This document shows positions 60,401-64,000 of a stretch of 64,000 bases of DNA, piece after piece. Under the pieces are notes generated by a model. It had not been told where the DNA came from and ran no database searches. It saw nothing but the letters and a program-made list of their open reading frames with translations. Source of the stretch: Strigamia acuminata (taxonomy: Eukaryota); the NCBI GenBank assembly GCA_949358305.1, contig OX442314.1:28210001-28274000 (forward strand), read 5' to 3'. How positions within the stretch are numbered: position 1 is the stretch's first letter; every line of letters begins with the position of its first letter. The translations under genes and the position numbers were made by a program.

Positions 60401-62514
60401 TAAAAATATTACAACTACTATTGGACCAAATTTTTACTCAAAAAAAATATAAAAAACAACAATAATAATTAATTGAAAATAAAAATAGTTAAAAACCGAC
60501 CATTTCCATCCCTAAAATGAAATATTTTGGCGGTGTTTTCCCTATTTTTCTCCCAATAAAAACCGGTAAAAATACCGAAATAAAGACGGTATTCGGTATT
60601 CGGTTTTTTTAAAAAAAATACCGGTTATTGATACCGGTAAATACCGGTAGAGAAACCCTAGCTGCATGGCGTTGCAAAGTGGGGCCAGTTTTGAGTCCAC
60701 GGGCGTGATTCCTTGCTTGGAAATGTTCAGCCCTAAAAACTGCACGCACGCACGCAAAAACTTGCACTTTTTCCTATTTAATGTTAAATTGGCCTTATTA
60801 AATGCACCCAGGAGTTGGTCCAAGTTGCATAAGTGAGCTGCATTCGTGGCACCAGTCACAGCCGAATCATTGATGAACGGCTGCTTGCTCTCGACTTTCG
60901 CGGTCAGTTTGTCCATCTCGCGCTGGAAAATTGCTGGTGCACTTGAAATCCCATAAAAAAGACGATTTACTGTAAAGAGACCCAAGTGGGTATTAATTGT
61001 ACACACTTGTTTGCTCTCTGCATCCAACTCGAGCTGATTGTAGGCGTGATTCATATCTAAAGTAGAATACGTCTCATGTTTGTTAAAAAATTAAATTAAT
61101 TAATTAAAGTTTTCTAAAAACAAACATAAAATTACAAACATTAAAATTACTGCTAAAAAAATTAAAAAATAAAAGTAAAAATTTTCACACACACACACAC
61201 CAGGATTTGAACCTGTGTTGAAAGATTCCTAGTCCATTGCCTTAACCACTGGACCACAACTACAAACTATTATTGTCTTCATGAAGACAGTCATAAAATT
61301 CCTGGATGTAACCATGTGACCAGAAAACAACTCCAGAAAAAATAGTTCTGGATTAGTGCTCCAGAACTATTTTCCTGGAGTTGTTGCTCAGCAACCAGTT
61401 GTTTACCATATCCCTACACACAGCCTTTTCACTCAAAATGTCTACTAGAGCCCCAAAAGAGTACAGATTTGGGATAATTACTATGGTTAATCAGCTGACC
61501 AGGGAGATTTAAAAATTTAGGCAATTATTAAGCTCACTTTAGACATCATTTGGCCAAAATTTGGCCAAAATCTAAAATAACTTATTCATGTGGTTCCCTT
61601 GTTAGTATATACCTTACTAATTATTATTCATGTGGAAGGTGGTCAGAAATAACGGACAGTCTTGGTAAGGTTAAACTAACAAGTGATTTTATTAATATGC
61701 AAAATACATAGGTGGCGCTGGGGGTACAGCGCCCAAAGAGAACATGGCGGTCACTACACACAAACATGCAGTGAAGCCGAACACAGCAGCTAACTTTTTT
61801 TTCTCTAAAAAAATCAAGTCTAAAAGTGTGGGGTGCGTCTTAGAATCGGGTGCGTTTTAGAATCGATACTGTAATAACAATTTTTGCATGGGTATGTACA
61901 CTAGTACTTTTAATGACAATGGTGTCTGTAGAATGCTGGACTCCAGCATTACAGTAACCAATTACTTGACCAATACATGATTTCCATCCAATTTTATGAA
62001 AGTAATAAAAATTAAATACCTGTCTTATCTTTATGTGTTGTAAATTGCTTGAAATGTTGCTTTTCATCCAGAAATCCGTATAATTCTCAACATTGATTGC
62101 TTCAGAAATCATTCCTTTCAGTGGTAGATAACAAAGAAATAATATTTGAAAATCGCCTTTTCCTTTCGAACTTTCATCTAGTTTTTGCCAGTAGTCGGAC
62201 AAAGAATTGGTATCGAGGCCAAAGTACATCAGTTCCGGGAATGTCAGTTCACCTATTGGAACATATTCAATTTCAACTTTGAAATGTCCAGCAATGTAGT
62301 ATTGAATTCTTTCCATTGTTTGATAACAACAGACGGTGAAACAGACGATCAAAACAACTAACCATACCGCACGGATGAAACCACTCTTTTTTTTGTTGAA
62401 AACATTGTCAATAAACTTCAAACTATCTTTGCCTGACAAGGAAGTTTGCATTTCTTGATGCACAAACCGACGGATATGGCTTCGACGAAACCTAAAAGCA
62501 TTCACTACAGTCAT
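51428..62514 (-). CDS. Tandem two-subunit DEG/ENaC channel protein, copy B, ~832 aa, 12 exons
   Basis: Exons 62514-62020, 56399-56282, 56203-56139, 56062-55973, 55882-55779, 55717-55539, 55476-54800, 53756-53681, 53614-53529, 52280-52179, 52126-52020 and 51827-51428 join without stops. Same architecture as copy A. Confidence 0.88.
52359..52837. mobile_element. MITE with ~30-bp TIRs in an intron of copy B
   Basis: AGAGAGTTTGCGGGATGCATTTTTCCCTTA...TAAGGGAAAAATGCATCCCGCAAACTCTCT; absent at the homologous site in copy A (~33540). Confidence 0.8.
54444..54697. mobile_element. MITE with ~40-bp TIRs and TA flanks
   Basis: TATACTCTGGCCATGTGTAAGTTTGG...CCAAACTTACACATGGCCAGAGTATA. Confidence 0.8.
56820..57570. 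mobile_element. Tc1/mariner-type MITE with ~330-bp TIRs inserted in the Gypsy 3' LTR
   Basis: TA-CAAGGTGTCCC...GGGACACCTTG-TA with long near-perfect inverted arms. Confidence 0.9.
59862..60660. mobile_element. Non-autonomous hAT element inserted in Gypsy pol
   Basis: 8-bp TSD GCTGCATG (59854-61, 60661-68), TIR TAGGGTTTCTC/GAGAAACCCTA, subterminal ACCGGT repeats. Confidence 0.92.
61196..61262 (-). mobile_element. tRNA-derived (SINE-head-like) fragment
   Basis: Minus strand reads GTGGTCCAGTGGTTAAGGC...GGTTCAAATCC (A and B boxes), runs into (TG)n, and has no acceptor stem. Confidence 0.55.
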
Positions 62515-64000
62515 TTTGCATCAAAATCTACCGTGATAATGAGAATGACAACCTTGGACAAACTCATATTAACGCTCAACCTACAATTTTTAATTATAGT
62601 TTACATTTCTGTATGAAAATCAATTGGTGTCTTTTGCATAAAGAAATCAATAAATATAAATAATTCATTTCTTTTAAAATTCAGCTGCATTGAGAACATG
62701 AATTGAAAATTCTCAGAGTTGATTTTTTTTTATAGTCAGTACATAAATAACTAAGAAACTGTATTTCTTCGAATTAAAGTCGTCCTCGGTTAAAAGTCAT
62801 GACAAAAATTCAGTTTGTGGAATACAAGTCACTGTCGATTCAGAATTTCACAAAAACAATTACTTACTGGTTCATGTAATTTCTTCTCTTTCTCGGGTCC
62901 CTCGCGATTCATTGTAACGAGGTTCGACTGTATATCGTACAAGTGAAACACAAAATTTTATTAATTATAGTGAGTGTGTAGATACGTAATGTAGTCAGTG
63001 ATCGATATGTTTATCAATAATTCAAATTTAAATTTAAATTTTTTTCTATCAGAAACGTAAAAAGTAATAATTATACGCTGAGGTGCATATTTTAATTTTG
63101 TCACAAACATTGGAGATAATTATACAATATCATAATTATTAGTTTTACACACGAGAGAGATCGGCACCACCCATCTCTGCTCAGTGCTCACCTCCCAGTC
63201 AGCCAATCCCGTTGCTCCATCTATTTCCACCACCAGACCGCGCGAAATTCAATTTCGCCATTTGTGGTGCATGTTTTTTTATCGCCGTTAACACGTGTCG
63301 TATTGATTGAAAACAACTATTCAAGGTAAAATCCATTTTTTGATTATATTTTCTATTTTTTTTTTCATGATGTTTCACAATTTTTTTAATGAAATATTCG
63401 TTTCTTTGATGTTGTATGCAATTTCATTTCGATTTTTGAAAAAACATTAGATTTTTTTAATCAGTTTACGAATACATTAACGTGGGTGAAACTCGCAACG
63501 AAACGGATGATAAATCAGCTCCAGTAGAACTACCCCCAAAAGAGTCGCCACAGTTACCAACATTATCATCTCCGGTTATATTGAAACCTTTATTACCGTT
63601 GACAATGTTGCCTGTAATCAAGGACATTTAAGTGTAAATTATTATCTCTAGACAAACTAAAGCCGCTGAGTGGATTAATGTTGTTAATTTTGGCCAAGAG
63701 TTCAGCCAAGAGTGTTGTTGTGTATAACTTGAATGATTATAAACTCACATGACACTTAATAGTTTTATGTAATCTCTAAACCAAGTCTAGTGACATGTCT
63801 AAAAAACTTGACTTGATGACATGCAAATAAAATGGCGACTGCCAGGTAATAGTTTAATTTATCCTGTGTGGATACTTCTATAACATGAAAGATGCCGATC
63901 GCGACTGGCGTAAACACAAAGATGGCGCATACTTTTATTTACTGCCCTTTCGTGGCATTTGTTTCGAGGGTATGCCAAAAACGTATGCTCATACATATAC

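Larger units (their letters stand above)
56813..61788 (-). mobile_element. Ty3/Gypsy LTR retrotransposon, gag/protease deleted, in intron 1 of copy B
   Basis: ~185-bp LTRs at 61600-61788 and 56813-56819+57571-57751, GCTAA flanking both ends, PPT-like GGGGAA. RT at 60661-61075; RNase H (VDASPVG, TDHKPL) and integrase (HLDFAGPF, DNGPQF) at 58154-59860. Confidence 0.9.
32520..63833. repeat. Tandem segmental duplication: unit A ~32520-41611, unit B ~51345-63833
   Basis: Exons, introns and 1.3-2.4 kb of upstream DNA are colinear and highly similar. Homology ends at ...catgcaaataaaatg (41611/63833). Confidence 0.92.

Noticed and set aside
61196..61262. Functional tRNA gene
   Set aside because: A and B boxes are present, but there is no acceptor stem or clean anticodon stem, and it runs into (TG)n.

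Overview
AT-rich, intron-containing animal DNA, most likely from a non-insect invertebrate. An intact Wnt2, an ionotropic receptor and sage point to an arthropod such as a myriapod or chelicerate (inference). The left half is gene-dense: a divergent ionotropic receptor (+) with a duplicated last exon, MTR4/MTREX helicase (-), two or three uncharacterised genes, a sage/Mesp bHLH gene invisible in the ORF track (-), three intronless FAM228-like paralogues (-) and Wnt2 (+). The right half is a ~9-12 kb tandem duplication. Each copy carries an apparently intact 12-exon gene encoding a ~835-aa protein made of TWO DEG/ENaC subunits joined head-to-tail, and the TM2-linker-TM1 junction lies inside a single exon. 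This natural concatemer is the most striking finding. The copies are separated by a complete, very young Bel/Pao LTR retrotransposon. Their introns hold nested Gypsy remnants and Tc1-, hAT- and Kolobok-like non-autonomous elements. Many introns and spacers contain 10/20-bp-period A-tract minisatellites. Exon models were read by eye, and family assignments come from motif recognition, not database searches.
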